64,000 nucleotides of DNA from Eledone cirrhosa (lineage: Eukaryota): NCBI GenBank assembly GCA_964016885.1, contig OZ024745.1, positions 83,824,001 to 83,888,000 on the forward strand, read 5' to 3'. A program made the translations under genes and the position numbers. Positions 40,871-55,000 of the stretch are shown one piece after another (position 1 is the stretch's first letter; every line of letters begins with the position of its first letter). Under the pieces are notes generated by a model that was not told where the DNA came from, made no database searches, and was given only the letters and a program-made list of their open reading frames with translations.

Positions 40871-41611
40871 AAAATCAATAGAGTGAGATGGAGGACATTC
40901 CATTATGATAAGAGCAAAACTAACAAAGTTGATAATACTAACAAATTCGACTCCTTCGGCTTTAAAACTTTTAGAAGCCCCCCTCACAACACAGTACTGA
41001 ACTCCTTTATTACCCACATACTTCCGGATAATAAACCGATGTAAATTCTCGCAACAGAAACAACCTACCCTATAAAATTGGATAAAAGAACACTGAGCCG
41101 CAATAAGCTAAAATAATTTAATTTAATGCATCAAACATCCAATACAGAATCATCGTTAATTATGTGATGAATGTATAAGCTATATATTACATTTCCTGAA
41201 TGTGAAAATGGTGGTGGATACGAAAACCATAACTCTCTTTTGCTTCTCCTTTCTATTTCTATTTTTCTGCGCACATACTTTTTTATCATATACAAAAAAT
41301 ACCTTACCACTGCAACCTCCATAATACTCTTGCTTACCCACATAAAGTGCTTGTATTACATGTAACACATAACTAACTCATACAATAACTACTACATCTG
41401 ACTAACAAACTATCCTCTTGCATTATCTATGTTAACTTTTAATTTTGTTTTAATTTTAATTTTGTTGTAATTTTGATATTGATCTTGACTTTGAATTTGA
41501 ATTGCTCTACGGAAGTAATATAATATAATATATGTCACTCCACTGTACATCAATATATACATATGTATCTGTATGTCTCTTGCATTGGAAAGGATGTCAA
41601 TCATGTGTACA

Positions 41612-41670
41612 AACATTGAAAAATGGTCCGAAGACCCCAAGCCTAGGTTTGGATGAAACAATTGTAAGTT
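41612..41670 (+). ncRNA. Hammerhead-like motif, U3-A8 core, branched stem II, weak stem I
   Basis: AACa TTGAAAA AT GGTC cgaa GACC CCAAGCC ta GGTTTGG AT GAAAC aatt GTA aGTT. The partner copy at ~37068-37126(-) is more degenerate. Confidence 0.55.
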
Positions 41671-41866
41671 AATAAATGCGTTGAACATAGCTTTGATTCT
41701 TGTGAATTCTATATAACTGCTCTGTAGAACAACTGATGTTATTACATTGAGCTATTTATCTTACTGGTAATAAGGTAGTAATTAATTACTGACCTTCACT
41801 GTTTAGGATTGAAAATATATATAACTATAAAACGTTTTAGTATATACATAACCATAAATAGTATCC

Positions 41867-41936
<70 letters not shown>

Positions 41937-42288
41937 CGAATCACAATCTTCAAAATGTGTGGCAAAGGGCTGAATAGTTTGGATAAACCAGAGCTATAAC
42001 TATCGTTTAAGTACCAACACACAGAGACAATGCTTAAAATCACTCGCACAGCCGAAAAACGACCAAGAAAATTCGGGTCAGACAAATAATAAAATAAATG
42101 AATGAAAAATCTTTACCCGGACCCGCTAGAATGATAGTAAATTCCAGCTTTTTGCTTTCTGCAACTCCTAAATCAGTTACCGTCAGCTTACATAAAAAAT
42201 ATTCGGCTTTTGGTAGAATGATGAACGAGGAAAACCACTTTCTCAACAGGCATTTCGTTCAAATATACAGAAGAACCCGTTACTAAAT

Positions 42289-42324
<36 letters not shown>

Positions 42325-42846
42325 TTCTTGGCAGAGCTGTTCTACTAGTAAAATGGTCGTACGTGGCGGATAGCGATACGGCCACTAGATATGATGGTTA
42401 GTTGCGGTATAAGCAACCTCGAATAAGCAACCTCGTAATAACAGCAGTAAACGGATGGGGAGGATGGAGGAATGGGGAACACTCGTAGCTCTTCCGAATA
42501 CCCCCACAGCCCAGCGATATAACTACGACGAGGCCGTCTCTAAACAAAGCCAAATGTTCGCGAGTCTGGGAAAGGTACCAAATTAGTGACAGGCGTGGTG
42601 AATGAGAGCGCCATAACACTGATATATGACCGGAAACAGTAACTACATCCACACCGCATCATCCTTCGAGCAGGATAACAAGGGACGCATTCGTGCCTTA
42701 TGTAGAAGGGCCTGTTCGAAAGATATATTGCTGTATCTAGCCAACGCTAAAAGAACTGGTGTTGGGCTTGCGACCTGTCCTGGGTGCCAACCAATGTTCT
42801 CTAAGGGAAAGGCAAATTCTAATACAGCTTGGCTCTAATGATGTTC

Positions 42847-42990
42847 AACTCATTTCTACAGCTGAGTGAACTGGAAAAGCGTGAAATAAAATGTTTTAAT
42901 CTTACCCAAGAACACAACAAATCGACCGGTCATGGAATCGAATCTACAACCTCATGGTTGTGAATCCAACTCTCTATCCACTCAGCTTTG
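42847..42990 (-). mobile_element. SINE family B head fragment
   Basis: The minus strand has a tRNA-like head 'gattcgattccatg' followed by the body shared with 44068-44368 and 45607-45843. Confidence 0.55.
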
Positions 42991-43394
42991 CACCATCACA
43001 AGGGACTATCTACGAGATCGATAAATCGTCAAGAAATAGCTAATATATCACCACCAGCATACATTGCCTTTTATAAAATAGGTGGGCGATTCTGAATATG
43101 CTGTGACGGGAACACTTGAGCATCGGTCTGCTTGATTAAGACTGGCATGCTATTACTACTACTACAGAATAACAGCAGTAATATAAATAACTGTCATAAA
43201 GACACACACGCTAGCGCACACAGATCACCAGCTAGACATATGCTAGAAATAGCAATAAATTTACCCCAACATAACAACTTTTATATACTTCCCGGTAGAA
43301 ACGTAGGGTTGCTGCAGTGACATACAGAATTCCTTGAGCACGTTTACACCCGAAGAAAAGGAGGAAGAGTGATAAAGAGGAAATGAGTAAGAGA

Positions 43395-43560
43395 TATGGG
43401 GGAAGAATTTACCCCGGTACTGAACTAGTGCATTTTTAGCGACTTCCAAAGGATGAAAAACAAAGTTTACCTCGTCAGTATTTGACCTTAAAGTGCAAAG
43501 TCGGAACAATTATCGCAAAACATTCTATCTGACGTTCCAACGACCCTGCCAGTTTGCCGC
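43395..43560 (-). mobile_element. SINE family A, diverged
   Basis: 'ggatgaaaaacaaagtttacctcgtcagtatttgacct' matches the family A core. Confidence 0.65.
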
Positions 43561-44067
43561 CTGTCCATATTACACCTTGCCATATCAAAGAGAGAAGGAT
43601 GAATCTGAAAAACAAAATGGAATGTCGTAGCTGAAGAACATTTGACCATCGTTCTGTTCAGTCGATATTGACCTGGTAATACACAACAATCACAAAACCA
43701 CATCCATATGGAGACTGTTCAACAAATTGTTATATATCTACTCACCAATATCGTTCTACTGTAACACACCATTTGTTCCTCTAAACTATCAAGCTGCTTA
43801 ACAATTCTTACCAAAGTTATTGCATTTAATATTCTGCTCCTCGTGTACCTTCTAGTTTATTTCTAAACTGAAGATCTTGTTAAATATTCTTTTGATTGTC
43901 CGACTTTCACATTTTTGTTTTGTTTTTGCTTTTGTTGTTTTGCTATATGCTTACAGATATTCAAACTAGACATGAACAGAAATAGTTGTAATTCTTACGA
44001 TATTTAGTAACATATATCAGCACATGTTTTTCATTTAACATATAGGTAAGTTGTTCTTCGTTGCTTT

Positions 44068-44368
44068 GTGGTGCTTTGCTTTGTGGTTCTTACAATCGTA
44101 AGGTTATGAGATCGATTCCCGGCAGCGCGTTGTGTCCTTCAGTAACACTTTTCTCCAGTCCACTCAGCCGGCAAAAATGAGTTGTGTTTGTAGTTCGAAT
44201 GACCAGCCTTATCACATTCTGTGTCACACTGAATCTCTCTGAGAAATATGTTAAGGGTACGCGTGTATGTGGAATGCTCAGCCACTTGTACATTAATTTC
44301 ACGAACAGGCTGTTCCATTGATCAGATCAACTGGAATACTCGTTGTTATAACCGACGGAGTGCCAGTA
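44068..44368 (+). mobile_element. tRNA-derived SINE family B
   Basis: B-box-like gatcgattccc and 'gttgtgtccttc'. The body is shared in reverse with 45607-45843 and partly with 27108-27240. Confidence 0.7.
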
Positions 44369-45606
44369 AAAAAGAAGTCGTTCTTCAAAAGATGTATTTG
44401 TAAAGGATGGTGAGGAGAACATGTTGGTGGGAGTTCTTCATAATTTCAAACTGACTAGAATTGTATATTCTTGGTTTGATGGCCAGTGAACTTTACGAGG
44501 TTTTAAACCAGTCATGGGCAAAATGCAGCCTGTTGGGCTTTCTGAATGGCTTAACAAAAAAATACCTTGAATGTTTGTACTTATGTAGTTTGCCTTATGA
44601 TAAGTCATATCTCATATGGACCACTGCTAGGAAAGATAGCCCGTTCCTCGTTTAGAAGCTTTACCACTTATAGCAAATTTAGATCGTTTTATCTAACAGC
44701 AGTTTTATCTAAACAGTAGATATGACGCTTTTATTTGTGTTAAGTACAAGTAACGCACTCTGGATAAGAAAATAGATTACGTTCAAACCAGTTGGGGTAC
44801 AATCTTGGATGTGCTACAAACAGTAGACAATGAAGCTATATATGAAAACACTAATGTACTGATATACGTATATTTCCATTAAATCCTGGATAGTAAAAAG
44901 TAGAATGACAGCAATTGCTAGCAGCAGTCTTCAGTTTGAAATTATCATCTAGAGACATGGCGAGATAACGGCCGCTTCCTAAAGTAATCACTAACATATG
45001 TATCCAGTGCTTCCAGGCACAATGACAAAATCTTATGATACCACGGATAACACAATGGTTGGTCAGAATTAATCACGCATAACAGCAGGAATCATCCATA
45101 TGCAATGTGTGTTTGTATATTTATACATATCAGCGTCTGTAACCCTAATGTACACACAACAGACCTGTACAGACAATACAGGCACATACAATATTTTCCT
45201 ATCTCAGTTATGTTGATACAATAAGTTCAGAATTAAATTTAGTCATGGTAGAAGCAAACGAAAAAAAAAGAGGATTGATTTGACACTTTGACACAATAAT
45301 TCATCTTTGATGCAAAGTATATCAAGATGGTGAGGAAAATCATGAATAATTAAATGTTACTACTTGAGTGATGAGTGTAAGAAGGAGTGTGAGACTGTGA
45401 GAGTGAGAGTGTGAGAGTGACAGCGAGAGTGTGAGTGTGTGAGAGTGAGTGTGTGTGAGTGAGAGTGTGAGTGAGTTCGTAATTGAGTGTGTGAGAGTGA
45501 GATTGTGTGTGCGACTGCGCATGTGTGTGACTGAGTGCGTGTGACCGAGACTGAGAGTTAGAGAAGTTTTCTCTGCTAAGGTTGCAGTAGGCCTGAGAAT
45601 CTTTAA

Positions 45607-45843
45607 CTGGCATTTTGTCAATTACGACAACGAATGTTCCTGTTGGTACGGTCAACGGAACAGCCTGCTCGTAAAATTAACGTGTAAGTTGTTGAACATT
45701 CCACAGTAACGTGTACCCTTAACGTAGTTCTCATGTAGATTCAGCATTACAGACAACAATATGACAAGGCTGGCTCTTCAAATAATTGGTACAACTCATA
45801 TTTTTCACCTGAGTGAACTCGAGCAACGTGAAATAAAGTGTCT
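45607..45843 (-). mobile_element. SINE family B, 5'-truncated
   Basis: 'gaacagcctgctcgtaaaattaacgtg...gtacccttaacgtagttctca' is the diverged reverse complement of 44240-44320. Confidence 0.7.
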
Positions 45844-46685
45844 TTTCCTGAGAATCTACTCTCTACTAAAATGACCTAAACGGCTTGCGTCTCTTATAAA
45901 CTTTAACAACCGAAGCGCAGCTCCTGATCTTCCCTGGACGGAGATATTTGGAACTGACAAACGGAAACGGCAGAAACGAGTTACTGGTGCATTATGATGC
46001 CAGAAACACATTCACATAAAAACACTCTCGTTTTCTAGGTAGTCACAGCTGCAGAAGAAATTTAATTGTAGTTTAACATGTGAAATAAAATGTTATTTCT
46101 ATGTGCATAACTGTAATGAGGACAACATTTATCGATGAGAGAGAAAAGGTATATTTGCAAAGCAAAACAAGGAAGAGATGCAGATAAAAATGTTCAGGAA
46201 TCAGATATTAGAACTAGTTCTATGATGATGATAGTTAAAATATTATTCAGTATGCTTCCAACTGAATACAGTTCTCAGCGAGACTGTGTTTCTCATCTGA
46301 TTGTGTTGCTTTTCAGGCAAACTAAGTACACACTATATAGGGGAAAAGTAAAGAAATCTTAGTTACAACAGAAATCCAAACTATAGGATACGTTTCAAAA
46401 TAATAAATAAAATTAAATAAGACGAAATATCACGGGTTAAAACCGATTTCTTTACAGTGATATAGGTATGTCACCTCTTTTCATTCATTGGCAGAAAATA
46501 GGGTGTCTATGGAAGAAATATTTTGTCAATTACGACTTAACTAAGAACAGCTGTTGTAACGTGAAGGTGAATGATAATTTGAAATACATGACAATTACAA
46601 GACGAAAGCTAATTTCTCTAACAATAAGAAAGATTTTTCCATTGAGCTAGATGTTATATTTCCGCCTGACTGAGATGCAGCTGTA

Positions 46686-46893
46686 CGGTGGATTGGTAGT
46701 AATGGTAGAGCGTCAGAAACATGCTTCGCAGCATAGAGTTACGGCCCTATACGTTCTGAGTTCAAATGTAGCCGAGGTTAAGCTTTGCCTTTCATCCTTA
46801 CACGGTTCGATAAAATAAAGTACCAGTAACGCACTGGAGTCAATTTAATCGATTGTTCCCGCCGCCACCTGGCCTTGTGCCTAAGAGAAAAAA
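46686..46893 (+). mobile_element. SINE family A
   Basis: 'ggtggattggtagtaatggtagag...gagttcaaat...ctttgcctttcatcc...ggccttgtgcctaa'. Confidence 0.82.
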
Positions 46894-47094
46894 CAAGTAT
46901 TGTTATTGTTACTGCCCATCGCATCGTCACTGCATTGCCGAGTGCAACTATGTGCGTCTTAGGTATGTGCAGTATGGTTGTTGGTGCTGTTGTTTCTATT
47001 GTATTGGGAGTACTCTTCGTATTATAAGTATTATTTTATTAGTATTTTTTTTATTAGTATTAACATTATTATTATTATTATTATTGTTGTTATT

Positions 47095-49358
47095 CCTTGA
47101 ATCTCAGTCATTGATGTTAGTTAACTGGAAAGTTTGTTGGAATGAATATCAAGCCACTACCTGCAGCCTCAGATATTCAGGACGTATCGGAGGGTTCTTG
47201 CTGTTCCCAGCAAGCATGCCTTTTGAAGCGTTCCTAAAAGCGTGAAGGGGCCGATTTTCTTTAACCATCCCTGGAAACTTTTGGAGATAGTCCCTAGTGT
47301 GCCTATGACAATCGGGATCACTTTGACTTCATGGCAGTTCCAAATCCTTTTTACCTCCCACTTTAAGTCCTGGTATCGGTTAATTTTCTCCCTCTCCTTC
47401 TCTTGCACTCTCGTGTCGAATGGGCAGGCCACATACCATACACAATCAGGCACGATCTTTTTTCTTTGTCCACAACCACCAGGTCAGGTCTATTGTGTTC
47501 CAGTCTCTTGTCCGTCTGTATCCAAAAATCCCACAGCACCTTCACCTGATCGTTCTCTATCACCGCCTCTGGCTTATGCTCATACCATTTCTCAGAATGT
47601 GGTAAATTGTTTACTTTGCACAGGTGCAAGTGGATCACCCTGCCCATCACATCATGTCTCCAGCCCTTATAATGGGTCTGGGCTAGGTGTTTACACTCGG
47701 ATACAATGTGAGCCACAGTCTCCTCTCTCTCTCCACAGATCCTGCACAGTGGGCTAGCCTTCTCCTTGTAAATATGGTGGTTCAACCACTTCGTTTTGAG
47801 GGCCTGCTCCTGCGCAGCCATTAACATTCCTTCTGTAGCCTTTTTAAGGTCTCCTCTTTTCAACCAGTTCCATGTCTGTGGATCTCTAAATTCAGTTTTC
47901 TCAAAGAAGGTACTATGAAGGGATTTTTCCTGAAGGCTGCTCTTTCTCCTTGATGTTATTTCCTCCTTGGACATCCCCTGGCCTATTGTCCCCTCCTTCA
48001 GTACAGTTCTGAGCATTGGCTCCTTACTATCAGTCACGTATTTGTGTAGGTTGTTTTTCTCCACCTGAACACAGTCCTCTATGCTGATAAGACCTCTTCC
48101 ACCCTCAGATCTCCTTAAGTAGAGTCTATCGACATCACTCCTCTTGTGGAACATGTTGTAGATAGTCAATAGCTTCCTAGTCTTCCTATCCATTTCTTTT
48201 TGTTCAGCAACATTCCATCTCAGAATTTCCGCACTGTACCTAATAATAGACACAGCTCGGGAATTTACTGCGCTTATGGCATTTCTGCTGTTCAGATGTG
48301 ACTTCAATACGCTCCTTACTCTCCGAATGTATTCAGTTCTTAACAATTCCTTCATTTTTTGTTCTTTATGCCATCAGCCTCCAGAACGCCCACATACTTG
48401 TATCCTTCCTCAGAGTCAATTTCCTTTATCATCTCACCTGTTGGTATCTGGATTCCGTTACTTCTGCTCAACCTACCCCTCCTCATCACAATGACTCCAC
48501 ACTTACTAATACCAAATTGCATACATATATCACTGCTGAAAATACGGACAGTGTCAACAAGCACATCCAACTCCTTCTCACTCTTCCCGAAGAGATTAAG
48601 ATCGTCCATGAAGAGGAGGTGATTGATGGTAAGCCCTCCCTTTCCCAACCTGTATCCTGCTCTCACTTTTCGCAGTACACTGGTCAGGGGCATCAGGGCA
48701 AGGACAAACAACAGAGGGGACAGGCTATCTCTCTGGAAGGTACCTCTCTTGATCTTCACGCTTCCCAAGGATTCTCCAGTTGATGTCAACTCTGTTTCCC
48801 AGGACCTCATACTTTTGCCCAACAACTGTCTGATGTTATCTGCCACCTCTCCAAGATCTCCAGGCTTTTGGTGATACAAGAATGAGGCACCATGTCAAAT
48901 GCCTTTCTGTAGTCTATCCATCCCATGGCAAGATCAGTGTGTCTCCTCTTGCAATTCCCCATTACCATCTTATCAATAAGTAACTGGTCCTTTGTACCAC
49001 GTGACTTCTTTCGGCATCCTTTCTGTTCGTCCGGTAACAAGTTGTTTGTGTGGAGGTGATGGTAGATTTCCTCAGACACAATGCTCGTCAACAGTTTCCA
49101 CATTACGGACAGACATGTGATAGGTCTATAGTTGGTAACATCATTACCCTTGATTCGGTCTTTCATTATCAGAACTGTGGTACCTTTTGTCAACCACTCT
49201 GGTACCTCACCTGACATCAAGCAGTCATTGAACATGGTTGTCAGTTTCGGGTGGAGGGATGTTATATTTTTAATCGAATACCCCTGCACACCATCTGGGC
49301 CTGGTGATTTCCAGTTGGTTAGTTTTTTGGCCTGCCCCTTAAGAGTTTCAACTGTGAT

Positions 49359-49362
<4 letters not shown>
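47095..49362 (-). mobile_element. R4/Dong-clade LINE, 5'-truncated, decayed, inserted in (TAA)n
   Basis: RT 'NYRPITCL', 'WIDYRKAFD', 'HLLFMDDL'. CCHC 'CRICGEREETVAHIVSEC'. REL 'NRPDLVVVD'. (TTA)n on both sides. Confidence 0.92.
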
Positions 49363-49422
<60 letters not shown>

Positions 49423-49431
49423 GTTGTTATT

Positions 49432-49643
49432 CCTTGAATCTCAGTCATTGATGTTGGTTAACTGGAAAGTCCGTTGGAATGAATATCAAGCCACTACCTG
49501 CAGCCTCAGATATTCAGAACGTATCGGAGGGTTCTTGCTGTTCCAAGCAAGCATGCCTTTTGAAGCGTTCCAAAAAGCGTGAAGGGGCCGATTTTCTTTA
49601 ACCATCCCTGGAAACTTTTGGAGATAGTCCCCAGTGCGCCTAT
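49432..49643 (-). mobile_element. R4/Dong 3'-end stub (~210 bp)
   Basis: Near-identical to 47095-47306 and 61787-61998, lying between (TTA)n tracts. Confidence 0.9.
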
Positions 49644-50176
49644 ATTATTATTATTATTATTATTATCATTATTGGCGACCTACGTAGTAAATCGTATCAA
49701 CATGAGTTCCGCAAAGGTTTGTTATTTTCAGTTATTTAAAATTGCCATTCATGGAAAATTTTTATTGTTAACTGTATATAAGTGCACATACATTGATTTC
49801 TGAAAAGGACACTCAAAAATATTGGAGCCTTGAGCCCAAAATTTAAACTTTTTATAATTATCAAACAAAGATTTTTCTTTGAAAAAGAATGGATTACTCA
49901 GTCACTCCTTCCTCACAATCCAGCACCTCACACCGACACCACCATTGTAAATATTGCTACGTTTGCCAACACTGGAATTGTAAGCAGTAGCAATATTTTA
50001 AATGTGTCTCAGGCAGACGTTCATTTCCCGCCATTACCAATGACTGCAGGTGTTAAAGCCGCCACCACCACACACCCAACGCGACAACCCCCCCCCCCCC
50101 CCCCCCCCACCACCACCACCACCACCACAGCGTCAACAGAAACAAAAGAAAAATAAATTAACTCGTGATATCGAAA

Positions 50177-51540
50177 TGAATTCAACCAAAATGAACTCTT
50201 CCACACCGAACACCACTGACGCCACCACTACCACAACTGAAACTAAAATTAACAATAGCAACAATAACGATAATAACAACAGCAACAATAAAATTAAGAA
50301 AACTACCCTGAGTTTTGCCAGAGTAGCAAAAAACGTGCGAAGCGATCCAGGTAACTCAGGAAGAATTAGAAGAAGCCAAAGGAATGGTAAAGAAAGATTG
50401 GTACAGGGTCAGCTTCACCGAACACCTAATAAAATGGAGCAACGTCGCCTATTCACCTAGTCTTATCGGACAATAAACATAAAATCGCGCCGAGTGGAAC
50501 GGGCATCTGAGTCCCAAATCCAAAAAGCTTTGGGACATGTGTGGGCAAAGAAAATCCCACATCAGACGTGGGCAGAAGTATGGAACCGTGGACGTGTTCT
50601 TTGAAACACCACAGGAGGCCAGAGAACACTCCATGGCCCCATTAAGAAGTGACGACTTCACACTCATCACAAGCTATTGTGGCCAGAGACTTGTGAAGAT
50701 CAGGGTGACCCACGTCCCACCGGCCATCGAAATTCCCTGGCTAATGGCTGCCGTCCTCGCCGCTATCGAAGCCAACACCAAAATAATCGAAATAGCAAAA
50801 GAAAAGCAGGAGAACTGGTCCGGATCTGGGATGGAGCTCCTGATCCAAGCGGACCATAAAAGCATTGAGGAGATCCTAGAGGTAATAGATCCCACTGACG
50901 GCAGCCACCTCACCGTAATCGTCGAGGGCAGAAGGCCTAGGTGTGTCGTTTGTGGTGAAGGAACCCACCTAAGGGCTTTCTGCCCTCAGGCTAAAAGGTT
51001 GAAGCCACCTCTCTTACCCACCCCAGTGACTCAACCATCAACACCACCAGCAGCAGAAATAGCAGCAACAACTGTCTCAGCAACAACAGAAGCAACTGTA
51101 ACAGCAACAACCCCAGCAACAGTAGCAAAACCAACACCAACGCTTACACCATCTACCACGCCACAACCAAAACCAACGCCTGTGGAGGATTTTCCACTCC
51201 CCGGCCTATCGCAACTGGAGACAGATTGTGGCGACGAGGAGTGGGAAACGGTATCAGGAAAAAAGAAAAAAAGAAACCTAAAAAGAAAAATTCTCTTTCT
51301 TCCCCCTCCAAAAACAAAATACAGAGGGAAACAAATAAATTATCGAACAAGAAAGTTAAAACAGATATGCCACCATCCACACCAGCATCACCAACCCCAT
51401 CACCACAAACACCAACACCATCACCATCATTAACCCCAACACCACCATCACCAACACCACAAAAGTCACCAAAAAGCGTAACAGAAACAAACCCACAACA
51501 AACACAAACAAAACAAAACAACCAAAACGATACACACTAC
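50177..51540 (+). pseudogene. Tx1/L1 ORF1 (gag-like CCHC knuckle), frameshifted
   Basis: 'SFARVAK', 'KYGTVDVFFET', 'VEGRRPRCVVCGEGTHLRAFCP', 'WETVSGKKKKR', and a Pro/Thr-rich tail. Confidence 0.78.
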
Positions 51541-51559
51541 ACAGCATTAAATTTGAACA

Positions 51560-51739
51560 GTGGATTGGCAGTATCGGTAGAGGGTTGGACGCCATGCTTT
51601 CCAGCATAGTTACGTCCCTTTACGATCTGAGTTCAAATCCCGCCGAGGTTGACTTTGCCTTTCATCCTTACGGGGTCGATAAAATAAAGTACCAGTAATG
51701 CACTGGGTAATTGCTGGCCTTGTGCCTAAAGTAGAAACA
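51560..51739 (+). mobile_element. SINE family A inserted in the Tx1 element with 14-bp TSD
   Basis: TSD attaaatttgaaca at 51546-51559 and 51740-51753. A-box TGGCAGTATCGG and B-box GTTCAAATCC. Confidence 0.93.
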
Positions 51740-52051
51740 ATTAAATTTGAACAACAACCAATTATTACACTACATGCAACACCAGCATCACAGAAAAAGA
51801 CTACACAACAACCCAAAAGTTCACACCACCTCCACACATACAAATCACTCGTATCACACAGAAAACGTACACGACACTAAAACAAAAATTCCCCAAAGAT
51901 ATCGGAGACTGCCGACAAACACTCTCCAGGAGGATTTATAAGGACATCCTTCCGGAGGAGGCCACAAGCAGTGAAAAGGATGGACAAACCATCCTTCCTC
52001 TACGAGAAGTAAGGTAAGTGGTCTTTCCCATCTTTTCCACTCCATTTCAAC

Positions 52052-55000
52052 ATGACCACACTCAGAATAGGCAGCATAAATGCGCGTGGCTTGGGGTCGT
52101 CATGGAAGCAGGGCCACCTGCTCAACGACCTCAGGTCACTAAACATAGATGTAGTGGCCATCAGCGAGACCAGAATCTCCGAAGCACGGGCCTTCGCACC
52201 GATCTTCGGCGGCTACGATGTGTACGCATCTCCCAGCCGTCCGGGATCGGGGGGAGGAGTTGCTGTGCTTTTTCGGAGAGGTTTGGATTTCGCCATACGG
52301 GCCATCTTCCTGGACGCAGAAGGTAAGTTGGTGGTGTTAGATGTGACCAGCGGAGACGGGCAAGCTTTCAGGCTAGTGGCCATCTATGCCTCGACAGGAG
52401 CAGGGCGGCCTGATTTCTTCCGGCGTCTGGAGACCTTTCTTGGAACGTCCCGCTCTTTAGTGTTAGTGGGCGACTGGAACGGGATCTTAGATGCACGCTG
52501 GGACTGTGTGGGATTAGCGGATAGGGGTGGAGGGTGCAAGAGCCTCACCAACCTGCTCAGGCGTTTTGAACTGTCTGACAGGTACCGATTGGATTTCCCG
52601 AATGTGCCAATGTGGACTTGGACAAATCGCATAGGGTCATCCAGATCATATCTAGATAGAGTATTTTGTAGAGAAATAGATAGGTCTAGCATAGGCTGTC
52701 CACAATTCAAGATAGTCAGCTACACGGACCACAAATTCGTGATCTGTGTGTTTGACTTAGATAGGCTTCATAGATGAGGACCCGGCTACTGGAAGCTAAA
52801 CGCGTCCTTACCAGCGCAAAAGGCCTACAGAGACAGGATTAGCGAACTAGTTAAGCGGGCGTTGACGGGGGCCATCGTCAACAACAAGTGGTGGTTTGCT
52901 CTGAAAAGAGCAATTAGAATAGAGTCCATTAGATTTAGTTAGGCTTTAGCAATAGAGAAAAATAGAGCAGATGGAGAATTAGTTAGAAAATTAGACGAGG
53001 CGCTTAGCAAAGGCATCGCGACCGACGTACTTGCGGCGAAATTGGCCCTTGACCAATTCTTCAATGCAAAGCACGAAGGCTGCGTTGTCAGAGCTAGGGT
53101 GCTTGCTGTCAGACACGAGGGAACGAAAGCCGTTCAATGGGCCCGAGTGGCGGAGGCGCGTCGTGGCAACAAACCCACGATCCGGTCTTTAGTGGACCAC
53201 GACGGGAGCATGCTACTCGATCCCGGGCAAGCTTTTCAGCGACACTTCGCTCAGTTGTTCGGGGGCAGCGGCGGGCCGGATCGAGGGATGGACTTTAGTG
53301 TCTACCTCGACGGACTGCCGCGGCTCTCGGCCACTGGGGCGGAGTGTTGCGAAAAGCCGATAACAGCCGCTGAAGTACGGGAGGCAATGACTAGCTGATC
53401 AAAGGGTAAATCGCCTGGTTTGGATGGTCTGCATTATGAACTTTACGTACAAATGCCAGACTTGTTCGTAGGCCTCTTGGCGGACGTCTACTGAAACTAG
53501 CAGCAGAACGGGTGAATTCCCAGCTCTGTGAACCGAGGAGCTGTGGCGCTGCTGAAAAAGGATCCGAACAAGGGGGATAACATAGATAATTTTAGGCCCA
53601 TAACTCTTCTAAACACACTGTTCAAGATTTGGGCCAAGGTGCTAGCAAAGAGGTTAGCGCTTGTCGTTGGTGGTCTGGTGGGAGAGGCGCAGATATGCGC
53701 CATTCCCGACAGTTCCATCCACGACAACCTCCACCTCATGCGATACATCGTAGAGAGGGTATCTAGGGAACCTGGCACGGGTGGGTCCTTGATCAATTTG
53801 GATCAGTGGAAAGCTTTCGATAGGGTCGACTATCGTTACCTAGCGGCAGTCCTGAGGGCGGCTGGCTTTGGGCCCGTCTTCAGAGGCTGGACCGCTGCAA
53901 TGCACAGCGACATCTGCTCTGTGGTGAGAGAGAACGGTCACCTTTCGGAACCGTTCAACATCATGCGCTTGGTCCGCCAATGATGTCCCCTCTTGTCCCT
54001 CTTGTACGTATTGACTCTCGAGCCATTACTGCACAAACTGGAGACGTTGAGGGGGGTCCCGCGCGAACTATTATGCGGAAGATCCGTATCAGCATATGCG
54101 GACGATGTCACCGTAGTGGTGTCGAACGCCAAACACATCGAGGCTATCGGCACTACACTAAAAGAATACGAAGCAGTGACAGGAGCAATGATCAACCAGG
54201 AACGGTCAGTGGGCCTGCAGCTCGGCACCTGGAGAGGCAGGTCCATGCCGTCCAACAGCGTCGCCGGGCGCTGGACGGACGGACCAGTTAAATTGCTCGG
54301 GGTCTGGTTCGGTCCGGATCTCCAGACGGACAAAAACTGGGACGAGGTGACGAGCAGGGTGGCTTCTCTCACCCAGAAATGGGCCGAGAGGAAGCTATCC
54401 CTGAAAGGTCGAGCGGAGGTGGCTAACGCGTATATCGCGTCCGTCATCTACTACCGCCTGACCGTCGTACCTTGTCCTAAGCCCCGCCTGACTGCGCTGG
54501 AGCGTTTGCTCTTTCGCCTTTTGTGGAAGGGACGCGCTCCGATGGTCAGGCGGTCCATCTGCTGTCAACACACGCTACGTGGAGGGCTGGGAATGCCATG
54601 GCTGATGATGCGCAGACACGCGCTCAGGCTACGATATCCCCACCTCTTCCTCGACGGTGATCAGGTGTGGTCTCCGTTTGCTAGACGCGTCTTTCCCCAG
54701 CTCGTCTCCTTCACGGAGCTGCAGTCCTGGGTCAAGCGAAGACCGAGAGGGAGCGCTTGGAGACTGGAATGTCTTCAGGCGCTCACAGCCCTCGACCAAT
54801 CGGGCAATGTCATCAGTGGAAACTCCACCTTGGCGTTCTATAGAGGATTAGTGGAGGGGAAGAGCGACGACGTACTTGGGGAAACTCTAGGCGTTGACGA
54901 AAATACACTAGCCAATCTCTTCGGAAGAACTTTCAGGCCGGGGCCTATGGACAACTTCCAGAAATCTCTGGCCTGGCAGTGCTACCGAGGAGCTTTGCCA

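Larger units (their letters stand above)
37027..41870 (-). mobile_element. Naiad-type Penelope-like element with ~700-bp inverted pLTR and internal 5' inversion
   Basis: 37027-37752 is inverted at 41014-41710. ORF pieces 40134-40613, 39339-40121 and 38632-39384 carry 'FIQFDINSYY', 'MGSSDSAQVADLVGL', 'YRDD', 'CNCRSNRTCPLDKNCL...TYIGSTS...CNLCLLE'. Confidence 0.92.
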
